64,000 nucleotides of DNA from Spirochaetaceae bacterium (GTDB lineage Bacteria; Spirochaetota; Spirochaetia; DSM-2461), in assembly GCA_051531975.1 (NCBI GenBank), contig JAOPTT010000011.1, forward strand, positions 25,419 to 89,418, written 5' to 3'. Below the pieces are notes generated by a model. It made no database searches and was not told the DNA's origin. It was given only the letters and a program-made list of their open reading frames with translations. Every line of letters starts with the position of its first letter. The stretch's first letter is position 1. Of the stretch, positions 39,413 to 50,022 are shown in pieces. The translations under genes were made by a program, and so were the position numbers.

Positions 39413-40438
39413 ATGAAAAATATTGTTTTGATTTCATTCATAATATTATCTTTTTTTATAAAACCCAATATATTATTTTCACAAGAGCTTCCAAGATTAA
39501 TCATATTAGAAACAATGACTCTTCCAATATTACAGGAAAGAACTAAAGGATTAATATCACACCTAGCTGAAGAGGGATATATAGATGGAGAAACTGTACA
39601 AATAGAAATATATAATGCAGAAAAGGATAGAACAAGAGCAAGAAGGCTTTTGACCACCGCACTTCAAAAAGGCGACCCAACGCTTGTATTAACCGTTGCG
39701 ACTCTAGCATCCCAAGAGGCTCATGCTATATTAAAAGGAACAGATATTCCCCATGTTTTTTATTCCGTAAGTGACCCTGTCAAAGCCGGTTTAATAAATG
39801 AGATGGATAAAGCCACAGGTAAAAAAATTACAGGTTTAGTTCATGTATTACCAGATGAGAAAATTATTAATATTGCTCTTAGAACTTTATCTTCAGGATA
39901 TAATAAAAAGATATTTAATATCGGATTTTTTCACTCTTCGTATTCTTCTTCAGTTGCGGACTATTCTAGTATTAAGAAGTTAGAAAATAGTAGAGATGAT
40001 ATAAATATTGTCCCTCTATTTATTGAACAATTGGATATGGTAGATGGGCTAGAGGATATGTTAGCTAGTAGTAAAAAAGTTTTAGAGGAAAATAGAGATG
40101 AATATGATTTTATCTGGATAGGTAGAGGACCTCTTGGAATATCCAAAACTTTTATAGATAGATTTGTTAAATTAGTTGATGTTCCTATAATAATGGGTTC
40201 TGATATGTATAGTGTTAAAAAAGGTGCATTATTAACACTTATGTCTTCTCCATCAAAGGATGGATATGATACAGGCGAAATTATTATAGATATATTGGAA
40301 GGTAGACCAATAGAGGACATTCCAGTAACAAGATCCAAACACTTCCAAGTGGGAATTAATTTAACCACGGCAAATGAAATTGGAATTATTGTTCCCTCTG
40401 ATATATTAGATCTAGCTAGGAATAATCTTGTATATTAG
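39413..40438 (+). CDS. ABC-type substrate-binding protein (ABC_sub_bind family), orphan
   Basis: GYIDGE, NAEKD, IPHVFYSVSDPVKAGL, ITG, INLTTANEIGI; no permease adjacent. Confidence 0.8.
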   Translation: MKNIVLISFIILSFFIKPNILFSQELPRLIILETMTLPILQERTKGLISHLAEEGYIDGETVQIEIYNAEKDRTRARRLLTTALQKGDPTLVLTVATLASQEAHAILKGTDIPHVFYSVSDPVKAGLINEMDKATGKKITGLVHVLPDEKIINIALRTLSSGYNKKIFNIGFFHSSYSSSVADYSSIKKLENSRDDINIVPLFIEQLDMVDGLEDMLASSKKVLEENRDEYDFIWIGRGPLGISKTFIDRFVKLVDVPIIMGSDMYSVKKGALLTLMSSPSKDGYDTGEIIIDILEGRPIEDIPVTRSKHFQVGINLTTANEIGIIVPSDILDLARNNLVY

Positions 40439-40556
40439 AGGTGTAAAATAAAATTATAAACAGTTCTAATATTAGACTGTAGGATTAAAGGTACTAACAG
40501 AAGGACTGATGATATTTATAGCGCGTTTAAGTTAACTGTGTTATATTTTCATAAAT

Positions 40557-42296
40557 ATGTACAAAGCAATAAGGGAAAGAATATTAAAAAATAGTATAAG
40601 TGGTAGAATTCTCTTCTTTTTTAGTGCTTTACTGGTTTTATCTCTAATTTTTAGTGGTGTTTTTTATCAGAAGATTTATTCCTCTATTATGATTAAACAA
40701 GTAACTGAGGCTTCATTTCAAACCTTAAATTCAATCAGTACAAACATTAAAACTATATTAAAAAATACTAATAACTCTTCCAAAATTATATTATCAAATA
40801 TTGATGTTCAAAAACTACTAACTTCAGAAGATGGTTACTCTGAAATTATATTACAAAGTGGGGTTAATAGAACGATATCATCTATGATGAGTAACTATGA
40901 TAATATTCACTCAATCTACTTGATAGATACTAAAGGTCATAGATATTATGCAGATTATACAGTAAAAAATGTAATCAATTTTGATGCTGAATTTTACCAT
41001 AATGCTTGGAGTAGGGCCAGGTCTTTAAAAGGGAAGTCATATCTAGTTCAAAACGGTGGCGATATTTTTACAGGTGTTACAGATAGTTACTTTGTTTCAA
41101 ATATAAGAGTTATAAATGATATAGAATCTCAGAAACCTATAGGTGGGTTACTAATTAATATTTCTAGAGATGAGATAAAGCAATCTTTAGATGTCACTAC
41201 AAGATATGATACAAATGTATATATCTTCGATGAAAATGATACACTAGTTACTTCTACCCTTGGTATTTTAGAGGATAACTTTAGATTTATACAGAATATT
41301 GAAGTAGAAGATATTCTATATAAAATAGATAAAAAAGATAATCTTATATACTCATTCAAAGCAATAGAACCATACGGATGGAAAGTTGTATCTATTATGC
41401 CTCTTGGAGGAGAAAAGACACTGGTAACAATGATGTTTGTATCTTTTGTTATATTTTTAACCCTGTCTGTTCTTGTTTTAATTGGTTCAATTATAATTGC
41501 AAAAATGATAACTAAACCAATAAAAACTCTGGTTGATTCTATGATTGAAGTGGGTAAAGGGGACTTAAAAAAAGTTCATTTTAATACCACTATACAAGAA
41601 TTTAACTCTCTAAGAGATGGTTATAACAGTATGACAGATGAGATACAAACCCTGTTAAAAAGTACAGTTGATCAAGAAAAATTAAAGAGAAAAGCTGAAC
41701 TGAATACGCTGCAGGCTCAGATAAAACCTCACTTTTTATATAATACATTTGATTCTATATGTTCATTAGCCCTTATGGGTGAAAATGAAAAGGTATATAA
41801 AATGGTCTCTTCTCTTGGAAGTTTTTACCGAATAAGTCTGAGTAAAGGACGTGAAATTATACCCCTTTCTAGTGAAATAGAAGCTTTGAAGAACTACTTA
41901 GATATCCTCTCTTTTAGGTATGAGAATTTCTCTGTTCATTACAGCTTAATAGAAAAACTGTCGGATATCTCAATATTAAAACTTATACTTCAACCTTTTA
42001 TTGAAAACTCTATATATCATGGAATTAAACCTAAGGGTGAGCATGGGAATATTTGGATCTCTGTAGAACAGATCGATATGTATTGTATTATTACATTACA
42101 AGATGACGGTATAGGAATGGACAATGAAATTTTAGAATCTCTGTTTGATGGAAGTGATAGTTTTGGCGTAAAAGGAACCATTCATAGAATTAATCTATAT
42201 TATGAACGGTCTGATCTTGTTGAGATCAAGAGTAAAAAGAATTACGGAACTACTGTAAAAATTAAAATCCCTAAAGAAGGAAATTTCGATGGATAA
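40557..42296 (+). CDS. YesM-type sensor histidine kinase
   Basis: 2 TM, Cache, HAMP; LQAQIKPHFLYNT, LQPFIENSIYHG, DDGIGM. Confidence 0.92.
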   Translation: MYKAIRERILKNSISGRILFFFSALLVLSLIFSGVFYQKIYSSIMIKQVTEASFQTLNSISTNIKTILKNTNNSSKIILSNIDVQKLLTSEDGYSEIILQSGVNRTISSMMSNYDNIHSIYLIDTKGHRYYADYTVKNVINFDAEFYHNAWSRARSLKGKSYLVQNGGDIFTGVTDSYFVSNIRVINDIESQKPIGGLLINISRDEIKQSLDVTTRYDTNVYIFDENDTLVTSTLGILEDNFRFIQNIEVEDILYKIDKKDNLIYSFKAIEPYGWKVVSIMPLGGEKTLVTMMFVSFVIFLTLSVLVLIGSIIIAKMITKPIKTLVDSMIEVGKGDLKKVHFNTTIQEFNSLRDGYNSMTDEIQTLLKSTVDQEKLKRKAELNTLQAQIKPHFLYNTFDSICSLALMGENEKVYKMVSSLGSFYRISLSKGREIIPLSSEIEALKNYLDILSFRYENFSVHYSLIEKLSDISILKLILQPFIENSIYHGIKPKGEHGNIWISVEQIDMYCIITLQDDGIGMDNEILESLFDGSDSFGVKGTIHRINLYYERSDLVEIKSKKNYGTTVKIKIPKEGNFDG

Positions 42297-43854
42297 TTTA
42301 AAAGTTGTTATAGTAGACGACGAATATTTAGTTCGAGAATTAATTAAACGATCAATTAGTTGGGATCAGTTAGGTTTAACTGTTAGTGGTGAGGCATCTG
42401 GTGCTATGGAAGCGCTAGATTTAATTAATGAAAAACAACCTGATATTGTTATTACAGATATTTGTATGCCCATTATTGATGGAATAAAACTCAGTTCATT
42501 AATATTAGAGAAGTATCCTCAAATCAACATTATAGTTTTAACAGGACATGATGAATTTTATTATGCCAAGGAGTCTATCTCTTTAGGCATTAAAGAGTAC
42601 CTATTAAAACCTATTAATGCAGATGAGTTAAAACAATGTTTAATAAAATTAACAAAAGATATAAGAGAAGAGAAGGTAAACAAAGATAGAATAAATACTT
42701 TGCTACCATACCTGAAGGATAAAACTTTAAATGATCTTATGTTCCCTGGAGGATTAGGAGAAGATATTTTAGAAAATATTTCAAGGAACAATATTGAATT
42801 CAAAACATCAAAATTCAGTGTCGCTTTAGTTCAAGCATTCTCTTCTAAATATGATCTGCATACTAATAGGTTAAAAGTCTATAATACTATAAAGGATTAT
42901 TTTACAGATGGATTAGATCTATATTGTTTTTTAGGAAGTCGAGGATATATCGTTTTATTAAACCATACTGATGAAGTAGTTTTAGAAGATGTTTGTGAAA
43001 GGATATTAAATAATATACTAAATAGATTAGAGATTTCTATATCAATAGGCGTTGGAAATGAAGTCTTTAATTATATAGATATATGTAATTCATATGATCA
43101 AGCTTCAAAGGCCTTAGATTATAGGGTTATAGAGGGCAAGAATTCTGTAATAACTTTTAATAATATAGACTTAGCTCAAGGATATGACTCTAATAAACAT
43201 AACAAGCTAATAAAAGAACTAACATTTTCTATAAAAACAACCTTAGAAGCAAGATTCAGAGATAATATGGATGATTTGTTTCGTTTACAAATTAAGGGAT
43301 CTGGTGGTGATCTGAACTCTATTAGAGTTATGGCAGCAAATATAGTCTCAGTTATATTATCTCTAATTTCTGAATTAGCTCTTGAAGTAGATGATATTTT
43401 CACTTCAGGCAGTCAACCATATGAAAATGTATTTAAACTAACAGATTTACTAGATATTAAAGATTATCTATTTAAGTTGGGAGTATCTGTTATTGCAAAA
43501 ATACGGTTAAAAAATAGTAACAATACAAGTAAATTAATAGATGGTGTAAAAATATATGTAGAAAATAACCTCTCTGATACTGATTTACAGTTGAGTAGTG
43601 TTGCATTGAAGTTTAATGTTAATTCAAGTTATCTAAGTCGTAAGTTTAAGCAGGAAACAGATGAGACTTTTAAAGAGTTTTTAGCATTTTTAAGAATTGA
43701 AAAAGCTATTCTGTTACTTAAAACAACAGATAAAAGAAGTTATGAGATTGCCGAAGATATTGGAATAAGTGATCCTCACTATTTTAGTATATTTTTTAAA
43801 AAACAGATGAATATGTCAATAAGTGATTATAAAAAGGAACTAAAGGTCAAATAA
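42289..43854 (+). CDS. YesN-type AraC response regulator
   Basis: VDDE, TDICMP, YLLKP; C-terminal SYLSRKFK...YEIAEDIG.SDPHYFS. Confidence 0.92.
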   Translation: MDNLKVVIVDDEYLVRELIKRSISWDQLGLTVSGEASGAMEALDLINEKQPDIVITDICMPIIDGIKLSSLILEKYPQINIIVLTGHDEFYYAKESISLGIKEYLLKPINADELKQCLIKLTKDIREEKVNKDRINTLLPYLKDKTLNDLMFPGGLGEDILENISRNNIEFKTSKFSVALVQAFSSKYDLHTNRLKVYNTIKDYFTDGLDLYCFLGSRGYIVLLNHTDEVVLEDVCERILNNILNRLEISISIGVGNEVFNYIDICNSYDQASKALDYRVIEGKNSVITFNNIDLAQGYDSNKHNKLIKELTFSIKTTLEARFRDNMDDLFRLQIKGSGGDLNSIRVMAANIVSVILSLISELALEVDDIFTSGSQPYENVFKLTDLLDIKDYLFKLGVSVIAKIRLKNSNNTSKLIDGVKIYVENNLSDTDLQLSSVALKFNVNSSYLSRKFKQETDETFKEFLAFLRIEKAILLLKTTDKRSYEIAEDIGISDPHYFSIFFKKQMNMSISDYKKELKVK

Positions 43855-43940
43855 TATACATATTTAGTAAAAATATTAAATTGTTTTATAGGTTTCTTAT
43901 AGCTATTATTAACTAGTTTTAACGTAAAAAGGAGATTTTA

Positions 43941-45206
43941 ATGAAAAAACTGATGTTAACTTTACTATTTATGCTAGTTGCTAGCTTTATTTTTGCTGGT
44001 AAGAATTCAGAAACCGTATCTGCAGAGCCTGAGGTGAAAACCCTTAATCTATGGGACATAATGGTTACGGAAGAAGAGTCTAGGGTAATTAGACCTGTGA
44101 TAGAAAAATGGAATGCTGCTAACCCTGATGTTCAGATAGTAAGGGATTCTTTAGATGATGATTCATACAAAACAAAAATAAAAACAGCTATAGCTGCTAA
44201 CGAAGCTCCAGACCTGTTTTTCACATGGGGTGGTGGATTTTCACAGCCATTTGTTGATTCTGGAAAAGTCTTAAACTTAGATGACTACGTAACAGACGAT
44301 TTAAAAAACCGAGCATTAGCTGGTTCATTAGATTACTGTACTTATGATGATAGCCTATATGGACTTCCATATGGAATGTGGGTAGGTGTTTTATACTGTA
44401 ACCAAGAGATGTTTGATGCCAGGGGTTTAGATATCCCAGAAACTTTTGAGGATCTATTAACTGCAGCAGCTGTGTTTAAAGAAAACGGAGTTGGAGCAAT
44501 TGGTGTTGGTGCTGCAGAAAAATGGGTAGGAATGTTCTATCATAATATCTTAGCACAAAGAACTGCTGGTGCAAAACTTGCAAACAAAGCATTAAATGGT
44601 GATGCTGCTTATGACTCAGCTGAATTTTTAGAAGCTGCTACATTATTAGAAAAGTTAGTACAAGCAGAAGCTTTTAACAATGGTTACATGGGAATGGACT
44701 ACGAGGGAGCACAAAATATGTTCCTAGAAGGTCAGATTCCAATGTTCTTCCAGGGTGACTGGGTTTCTGGTGACTGTGAGTTAGATGATTCAGCTGTTAA
44801 AGGTAAAATTGTTGCTACACATTTCCCATATGTAAAAGGTCATGAAGATTTAAAATATGATTTCTTAGGTGGATCTGTAGACAGTTTTATGATTAGTGCA
44901 AATACAAAGTACCCTAAAGACGCTGCAAGATTCCTAGAGTTCTTAGCTGTTGAGTTATCTACTCAAGGTGCTCAGGAGGGTGTAAACCTTCCTGTATACT
45001 CAGGTGATATTGATCTTGCAAACTTAAATCGACTTACTAAACAAATTATCGAATTAACTAAAGATGCAACTGGTTTTACTTTAGCATGGGATACATTCCT
45101 TGTTGGTGAAGATACAGAGTTACATTTAGATCTAGTTCAAGAGATGTTTGCTGGAATGAAAACTCCAGAAGAGTTCTCTGCTGCAATGCAAACTATAAAC
45201 GAATAA
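43941..45206 (+). CDS. Carbohydrate ABC transporter substrate-binding protein (CUT1)
   Basis: Signal peptide; YKTKIKTAIAANEAPDLFFTWGG, YGLP, YCNQEMF, PETFEDL. Confidence 0.9.
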   Translation: MKKLMLTLLFMLVASFIFAGKNSETVSAEPEVKTLNLWDIMVTEEESRVIRPVIEKWNAANPDVQIVRDSLDDDSYKTKIKTAIAANEAPDLFFTWGGGFSQPFVDSGKVLNLDDYVTDDLKNRALAGSLDYCTYDDSLYGLPYGMWVGVLYCNQEMFDARGLDIPETFEDLLTAAAVFKENGVGAIGVGAAEKWVGMFYHNILAQRTAGAKLANKALNGDAAYDSAEFLEAATLLEKLVQAEAFNNGYMGMDYEGAQNMFLEGQIPMFFQGDWVSGDCELDDSAVKGKIVATHFPYVKGHEDLKYDFLGGSVDSFMISANTKYPKDAARFLEFLAVELSTQGAQEGVNLPVYSGDIDLANLNRLTKQIIELTKDATGFTLAWDTFLVGEDTELHLDLVQEMFAGMKTPEEFSAAMQTINE

Positions 45207-45220
45207 AGTAATAATAATAT

Positions 45221-45246
45221 GGCGGTGGAACTATTCACCGCCTTTT
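45221..45246 (+). terminator. Intercistronic stem-loop after the SBP gene (mRNA stabiliser or partial terminator)
   Basis: GGCGGTG-GAACTATT-CACCGCC followed by TTTT. Confidence 0.65.
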
Positions 45247-45257
45247 AGGAGAATCCG

Positions 45258-46145
45258 ATGGATAAGGTTTTAAGAGATAAAAAAGCCATACTAATATTTG
45301 TATTACCAGGATTAGTTTTATATTTAAGTATTGTAATTGTACCTATGTTTACTTCTATGTACTACAGTCTACTTGATTGGAACGGTTTTGGAGAAAAAAC
45401 CTTTATAGGATTAAAAAATTATGCTGAGTTGTTTACTGGTCAAGAACCGGGATTTACTAAGTCAGTACAAAATGCATTCTATCTTACAACATTAACACTA
45501 CTACTACAGTTGCCAATGGCACTTATTTTAGCACTCATACTCTCAAGTGGAGTAAAAGGTGAAAGTTTTTTTAGAACAGTATATTTTATACCTGTTATGT
45601 TATCTGCGGTTGTTATCGCAATGTTATTTCAAAGAATATATGACCCCAATTATGGTCTTTTACATATGATATTACTCAAGCTAGGTCTTGATGACTGGGC
45701 TAAAGTTACACTATTAGGGAATACAAAGACAGCAATGACAGCAGCAAGTTTTCCAATACTTTGGCAATGGGTTGGTTACCATATGTTATTACTCTATGCT
45801 GGAGCAAAATCAGTTCCTACAGAACTTAGAGAAGCTGCTAAAATTGATGGTGCGGGTCCAATTACTACATCCTTAAAAATTGTATTACCACTTATGGCTC
45901 CAGTACTAAAGGTGTGTATTGTAATGTTAGTAATAGGATCAATAAGAGAGTTTGATGTAATCTATACTATGACTAAGGGTGGACCTGTTAACTCTAGTCA
46001 AATGCCAAGTTTAGTTATGATAAGTACTATTTTTTCTAAGTATAAATATGGTATGGGAAGTGCTATGGCTATGGTTATTGTACTAATATGTCTTTTAGTT
46101 ACAGGTGTTCTACAAAAGGCTTTTAAAGGGAGTACCAATGAATAA
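45258..46145 (+). CDS. Carbohydrate ABC permease
   Basis: FIGLKNY, RTVYFIP, ELREAAKIDGA, MTKGGP. Confidence 0.92.
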   Translation: MDKVLRDKKAILIFVLPGLVLYLSIVIVPMFTSMYYSLLDWNGFGEKTFIGLKNYAELFTGQEPGFTKSVQNAFYLTTLTLLLQLPMALILALILSSGVKGESFFRTVYFIPVMLSAVVIAMLFQRIYDPNYGLLHMILLKLGLDDWAKVTLLGNTKTAMTAASFPILWQWVGYHMLLLYAGAKSVPTELREAAKIDGAGPITTSLKIVLPLMAPVLKVCIVMLVIGSIREFDVIYTMTKGGPVNSSQMPSLVMISTIFSKYKYGMGSAMAMVIVLICLLVTGVLQKAFKGSTNE

Positions 46146-46962
46146 ATTACTAAAACCGCTACTTTATACATTTTTAATTATAGTTGCACTATTTCAGATA
46201 TATCCTTTAGTCTATCTATTTTTCTTTTCATTAAAAGATAATGGTGAAATCTTTGGTGGAAATGTTGCAGGTCTTCCCCAGAACTGGTTGTGGAGTAACT
46301 ATTCAAATGTTTTTAATAACAGCGATATGCCTATTTTTTACTTTAACAGTGCACTAATTACAACTATTAGTATTGCTGCTGTAATAGTATTAGGTGGTAC
46401 TGCTGCATATGCTATTCAAAGAATGAAATGGAAGTATAGTGGTCTAATATTAACTATATTTTTATTAGGTATTATGATCCCAACACAGTCTAGTCTATTA
46501 CCACTATTTACTAATTTATCGGCTCTTAAAATGACAAATTCCTATCAGGCATTAATACTACCATATGTTGCATTTGGTTTGCCTATAGCTATCTATATTT
46601 TTACAGGTTTCTATCACTCTATTCCTTACGAGATGGAAGAATCTGGCTGTTTAGAAGGTTGTAATATATTTCAAATATATTTTCATTTAATCTTACCTCT
46701 TGTTAAACCAGCTATAGCTACTATTGCTATTTTCACATATAGAAATGTCTGGAATGAATTACTTTTTGCAGTAACATTCATAACTAATAAAGCATATAAA
46801 ACAGTACCTGTTGGACTTATGTCTTTAAGAGGGCGTTATTCCACAAAGTGGGGACCAATAGGCGCAGCTCTACTAATTGCTGTTTTGCCTAGTCTTATAA
46901 TTTATTTTGTTTTAAGTCGCCAAGTTCAGGAGAGTTTAGCTTCTGGTGCTGTAAAAGGGTAG
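46138..46962 (+). CDS. Carbohydrate ABC permease
   Basis: ATG 46138; SLK, NY, IPYEMEESGCLEG, WNEL, GAVKG. Confidence 0.92.
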   Translation: MNKLLKPLLYTFLIIVALFQIYPLVYLFFFSLKDNGEIFGGNVAGLPQNWLWSNYSNVFNNSDMPIFYFNSALITTISIAAVIVLGGTAAYAIQRMKWKYSGLILTIFLLGIMIPTQSSLLPLFTNLSALKMTNSYQALILPYVAFGLPIAIYIFTGFYHSIPYEMEESGCLEGCNIFQIYFHLILPLVKPAIATIAIFTYRNVWNELLFAVTFITNKAYKTVPVGLMSLRGRYSTKWGPIGAALLIAVLPSLIIYFVLSRQVQESLASGAVKG

Positions 46963-47037
46963 AAAAAATTTAAAATCCTGGTCGGAATGGCAGATGTATG
47001 CACATTGCCTGCTCGGATATGCAACCAAGGAGAAACT

Positions 47038-48294
47038 ATGTATTTAGATAATGTTCTAACGAATAACGAGAAAATGTTAGATTTTATAATTGACCTTCAC
47101 CAAAAAGGGGAGATTCCTGTTAACTCTTGGGTCATTAATTTAGATCAGATTGCAGAAAATGCAAAACAACTATCAGCTGCAGCAAATAAAAATGGACTCT
47201 CTATATATTTGATGTCTAAACAACACAATAGAAATCCATATATTAATGCGTTGGCTATAAAAATGGGACTTAATAAAATGGTTGCAGTGGATTTCCAAGG
47301 GGCATTAGCTTGTAGAGAGTTTAACATTCCCCTTGGACATGTTGGGCATTTAAATCAAATTCCTAAACATTTAACCAGTGAGGTTATAAAGCTAAAACCA
47401 GATGTTTTTACTGTATATAACTATGAACACGCACTTTGGATAGACCAAGCTTGTAAGGAATTAAACTGTAAGCAAGATATTATGATAAGAGTGTATAATG
47501 ATGATTACGTTTTTGAAGGCCAAGAAGGTGGTTTTCACATATCTGAAATTGATAGTTTTATAGACCAGATTAAAGAACTAAAAAACATAGAGTTAGTTGG
47601 TGTTACAGCCTTTCCATGCTTGAAATATAATGAAAGTAAAGATGAAAAAATCATTCCAACTAAAAATGTAGAAGCAATAAATAGAGCTATCCAAATATTA
47701 AAAGGTCGCGGAATAGAAATAAAACAGGTTAATATGCCAGGGAATACCTCGTCTTTGGAGATGCCTCTATTAAAAGAGTTGGGAGCTACCCATGTTGAAC
47801 CTGGAAATGCTCTATTAGGAACATCTCCATGTCACGCATTTAGTCAAGATCTAGCCGAATCTACTGCTATAGCGTATCTGTCTGAAATATCTCATAAGTA
47901 TGACGATAGAGCATATGCATATGGAGGGGGATGTTATCATACTAATTATAGTGATAAAATGTACGCCTTTATAGGTTCAAAATGGAGTGAAGCAAAAAGA
48001 CAGGGTAAAGTCTTTTATAGACATGAAATTGTTCAGGATATTGACTACCATGCTCAGTTTATTCCTACTAAAGAACAGAAAGTAAATATAGGTGATAGTG
48101 TTGTTGGTGTTTATAGAACTCAAATGCATATGACAAGGAGCTATCAAGTTGCAATCTCAGGTATTTCTGGAGATAGGCCACTGAAAGTTCATTATATTTT
48201 ATCAAATGGCAGAGAGCCTTTAGATAATAGACTTAATCCTGTAAATTATAAAGATTTACTAAATGATATAGATGAATTACTAAAGCTCTACTAA
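47038..48294 (+). CDS. YhfX-family alanine-racemase-fold PLP enzyme
   Basis: ATG 47038 after AAGGAG; YLMSKQHNRNP, GHVGHLNQIP, GQEGGF, VTAFPC, THVEPGNAL, EISH, RTQMHMTRS. Confidence 0.8.
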   Translation: MYLDNVLTNNEKMLDFIIDLHQKGEIPVNSWVINLDQIAENAKQLSAAANKNGLSIYLMSKQHNRNPYINALAIKMGLNKMVAVDFQGALACREFNIPLGHVGHLNQIPKHLTSEVIKLKPDVFTVYNYEHALWIDQACKELNCKQDIMIRVYNDDYVFEGQEGGFHISEIDSFIDQIKELKNIELVGVTAFPCLKYNESKDEKIIPTKNVEAINRAIQILKGRGIEIKQVNMPGNTSSLEMPLLKELGATHVEPGNALLGTSPCHAFSQDLAESTAIAYLSEISHKYDDRAYAYGGGCYHTNYSDKMYAFIGSKWSEAKRQGKVFYRHEIVQDIDYHAQFIPTKEQKVNIGDSVVGVYRTQMHMTRSYQVAISGISGDRPLKVHYILSNGREPLDNRLNPVNYKDLLNDIDELLKLY

Positions 48295-48325
48295 GATAAT
48301 AGTAAATGATACAGCTATAAAATTT

Positions 48326-48353
48326 TACTCCAGTAACAGTTGTTACTGGAGTA
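48326..48353. terminator. Terminator-like inverted repeat
   Basis: TACTCCAGTAACA-GT-TGTTACTGGAGTA. Confidence 0.7.
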
Positions 48354-48519
48354 TTGAACTCTATCTACTATATTCAGATAAATGGATTTGTATCTATGAA
48401 AAAGAGACCTTTTTATTGGTTTGAAATTTGATCTCATTATTCCTTATTTTAAAGTTACACATCTCTGGCACATATGCTTACTACCTATAGTAGAATAAAT
48501 CCTGTAATTGCTGTTTTAG

Positions 48520-48816
48520 TTAAATCTTAGTAGAATTATATCGTTTTGGATTAGCCTTTGACCAGCCTTTTGCTACCCGTACAACCTGTTCATGAATTTC
48601 TTTAATACTCCAGAGAGAGGTGAACCCAAGAACACCCAATATGCCAGATAAAATTACATTTTCAAAAAGAATAGATAAAAATAAAAAGAATAATCCGCAA
48701 ACTAAAAATAATGGCCAACATTTAGATCCCCAATAATACTCAGCTTTAACTACTATTGGATGAAAAACTCCAATTATTATGAATGTTACAGCCCCAATTA
48801 TGATTCCAATAAACAT
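48520..48816 (-). CDS. DUF4491 family membrane protein
   Basis: IIIGVFHPIVVKAEYY, WSIKEIHEQ..RVAKGW..ANPKR. Confidence 0.8.
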   Translation of the reverse strand: MFIGIIIGAVTFIIIGVFHPIVVKAEYYWGSKCWPLFLVCGLFFLFLSILFENVILSGILGVLGFTSLWSIKEIHEQVVRVAKGWSKANPKRYNSTKI

Positions 48817-49023
48817 ATGAATACCTCTAGTTAATATAATCTTAATAATTAAATATTTACAATCAAAATTTATTCTCGTGCATTAGCTCTCATATTCTAA
48901 TAAACGGGAAAATAATGAAAAGATTAAAATATTTAGATGTACTTAATTATATTCCATTGAAATCTAAAGAAAATGAATTATGATTAGAGGTGTCGTCAAT
49001 ATAATCAAGATAGGAGATTTATA

Positions 49024-49800
49024 ATGAAAATCCTTATTATACTATTATTTCTTTCCACTCAGATTTTAAGTGAAGAACATAAACTTCTTCTTACAGTTGG
49101 GGATGAATGGTTTCCATATTATTATATGGATGAAAATAGATCCTTTACTGGTCTAGATATTGAACTAGCAGATCTAATTCTTATTGAAGCAGATATCGAA
49201 TATACTGTGAAATCATATCCCTCTATCCGTGGTCTTGCAATGATTAAAAATGGAGAATCTAACATGATCACAGGTGCCTCCTTTACAGAAGAGCGTAGTA
49301 AATATGCTTATTACTCGCTACCTTACCGGGATGAAACCATCGCCCTTCTGGTAAGAAAAGGAACAGGTAATGAATATCCTTTATCAACATTATCCGATAT
49401 GATAGATCTTTCTATAAAATTGAGTGGGCAATATGGATCATGGTATGGTGATGAATATGAAAAGTTATTAAGTGATCCAACTTTTATTAAAAACTTGTAC
49501 CTCAACAACAGTCTAAAAAATCGACTGATGATGCTTACATCAGGAAGAATTGATATGATAATCGATGATAAATATGCACTTCTTTTTACTGCAAAACAAC
49601 TTGGTGTTCAGGACTTAGTTGAATTGCACACTTATATACCATACGAGGACCTAGTACATTTTATATTCAGTAAAGAAAGTGTAGATAAATCTGTTGTAGA
49701 TAAGGTTAATAATGCTATTGAAAATAAAACTAAAGACGGCTCAATGAAACGAGTATTTGATAGATATATTAAATCTGAAACATCAAAAAATACAAAGTAG
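49024..49800 (+). CDS. Family 3 solute-binding protein, orphan
   Basis: WFPYY, GLDIELA, SFTEERS.YAYYS.PY, GRID. Confidence 0.8.
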   Translation: MKILIILLFLSTQILSEEHKLLLTVGDEWFPYYYMDENRSFTGLDIELADLILIEADIEYTVKSYPSIRGLAMIKNGESNMITGASFTEERSKYAYYSLPYRDETIALLVRKGTGNEYPLSTLSDMIDLSIKLSGQYGSWYGDEYEKLLSDPTFIKNLYLNNSLKNRLMMLTSGRIDMIIDDKYALLFTAKQLGVQDLVELHTYIPYEDLVHFIFSKESVDKSVVDKVNNAIENKTKDGSMKRVFDRYIKSETSKNTK

Positions 49801-50022
49801 TTTTATTTATTTGTTAGCTGTTTTGTATTTTATTTATCTTATAGAAGAATGTAATAAATATGTTAAATCCACGTAAAATTTATTCGTGACCATTTAGGTT
49901 AAACTGTGTAATCTTAAGAAAATTAAAACGTCGTATATTTGCGAAAAGTAAGCACCTAATAGCTAATTGGACATGAATTATTAAAATATATAATGCCAGT
50001 AAATGGTCATGGAGGGTACAGC

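Noticed and set aside
43847..43881. Possible YesN direct repeats upstream of the SBP gene
   Set aside because: Too degenerate against the AT-rich background
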